From Camelus ferus (taxonomy: Eukaryota), in NCBI RefSeq assembly GCF_009834535.1, contig NC_045696.1, positions 98,024,001 to 98,088,000 of the forward strand: a DNA stretch of 64,000 nt, written 5' to 3'. The notes beneath the pieces were generated by a model, which saw nothing but the letters and a program-made list of their open reading frames with translations, did no database searches and was not told where the DNA came from. This document shows positions 62,600 to 64,000 of the stretch, one piece after another (the stretch's first letter is position 1; the number at the start of each line of letters is the position of its first letter). Both the position numbers and the translations under genes were made by a program.

Positions 62600-63082
62600 G
62601 TTTTTTCCCCTTTGTTCTCCCAGTTTTACTGAGATACAATACTGAGATATACAGATACAGCACTGTACAAGTTTAAGGTGTGAGGCATAATGATTTGACT
62701 TACATACATCATGAAGTGACTATTACAGTAAGTTTAGTATATCCAACATCTCATATAGGTACAAAATTAAAGAAAGAAAGAAGAATTTTTTTCTTGTGAT
62801 GAGAGCTCTTAGGATTTACTCCAAACAACTTTCGTATGTAACAGACCGCAGTGGGAATTCTATTTACCATGTTGTGTGTTACATTCCTAGTGCTTACTAT
62901 CTTATAACTGTCGTACGTTGCATCCCTAGTGTTTATCTTATCACTGGAAGTTTGTACCTTCATCCAGTTCCCTCTCCCTCCACCCCCTACCTCTGGTAAC
63001 CACAAATCTGATCTCTTTTTCTATGAGTTTGTTTGTTTGTTTTGAAATATAACTGTCCTACAGCACTATCTTAATTCCTGAT
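62600..63082 (-). mobile_element. L1 (L1MA9-like) 3' end
   Basis: cagcactgtacaagtttaaggtg...cttgtgatgagagctcttaggatttactc...ctctggtaaccacaaatctgatctctttttctatgag. Confidence 0.8.
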
Positions 63083-64000
63083 GAGTTCATTTTAAAAAAG
63101 ATGGATCATCCTAGAAGAAATGACACTATAGACAGCGATGGGCAGGGTTTCAAGGCTGGGGATGCAGCTTTGCTCCCTTCATAGGTCTAACTACTTTTGA
63201 AGCATCAGGACAGCCCCTTAGGGCAGTCCCCTTCCTCTGGGTGGTTATCTCAGTGTTTTTCAGCTTCCTTTTGGAGTCCATCCCCACTGGCCCCAACACA
63301 CACTCCCTGGGAGAGAGGAAGGGAGAAGAGCGTTGTAACAGAACCAGCATTGGAACAGAGCGTATACTTGGAAGCCATTGCATCTCTGAGAGGACAATCT
63401 GGAAGCCATGTCTTCTCCCTTAAGCTGTCCATCAAACAAATACCTGATGCTTTCTAGAAACTCCAGATCTATTTATTGCAATGCTCTACTATCAACCTTT
63501 GGAAATACATTTGGTGCAGCCTGTACTAATACAAATGAGATCAGAACCAAAAACGAGGCGCACCTGTAGCTCCGTTGTTCCCACTGTTTCATTCGCTCCA
63601 ATTCCCACTTCTGCCGGCAGCATATTAGGCTCACCTGCCAGGCTGACTTCTGATTTAATGAAGTAGCTCTTGTATGTTGACTTGGTTCTCTGAAAGAATC
63701 CCTTTCTCCTTTTCAAATGCAGTTCAGCCTTTTCTTGCTACGAACCACTTTCTAACGTTACTACCGACTGTATTGAAATGAATGGATACATTATAAAGCA
63801 CTTTTTTGCTGCCTGAAGTGATCTGCAGAGAGTGTAACTGCCAGCCATGTATCCTAGGCACATAATTCCATTACCGGACTCCTACGGAGCCATCAGTGGG
63901 ATGGTTCTCTGCTTGACAAAGCAGTCACCAAATTCAAAAACTTGTCTTAATGACAAGTGGTATCTTCAGATCAGTTTAGCCCAGCCTGAATCTGGCAGAT

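Noticed and set aside
53900..64000. Exons of the upstream neighbour CPA3 or a processed pseudogene
   Set aside because: No carboxypeptidase or other recognisable peptide in the ORF track; in human, CPA3 lies much farther upstream.

Overview
Mammalian genomic DNA, most likely from a camelid (a Vic-1-like SINE and camelid-type L1 3' ends are present). The window holds one complete, intact protein-coding gene: glycogenin-1 (GYG1) on the minus strand. It has 8 coding exons between 34789 and 6087, all introns are GT-AG, and the exons sum to 1053 nt (350 aa plus stop). The promoter is a CpG island with a TATA box and an E-box. The first ~2.1 kb is AT-rich and, by synteny alone, is probably the 3' UTR of the convergent HLTF gene. 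Positions ~35.3-64 kb are transposon-rich upstream intergenic DNA (L1, L2, MIR, MER/hAT, one solo ERV LTR). There is a 100-N gap at 16364-16463. I found no convincing new gene system, CRISPR array or RNA gene. The most notable signals are fossils of DNA repair and retrotransposition: a doubly templated insertion copied from a MIR 2 kb away into an L1, an 88-bp TSD-flanked retroposed RNA 3' end in intron 4, a strongly GC-shifted MIR in intron 5, a twin-primed L1, and a perfect palindrome at an unusual Phe217 codon. Repeat family names and human comparisons come from memory of consensus sequences, not from a search. Repeat boundaries are approximate.
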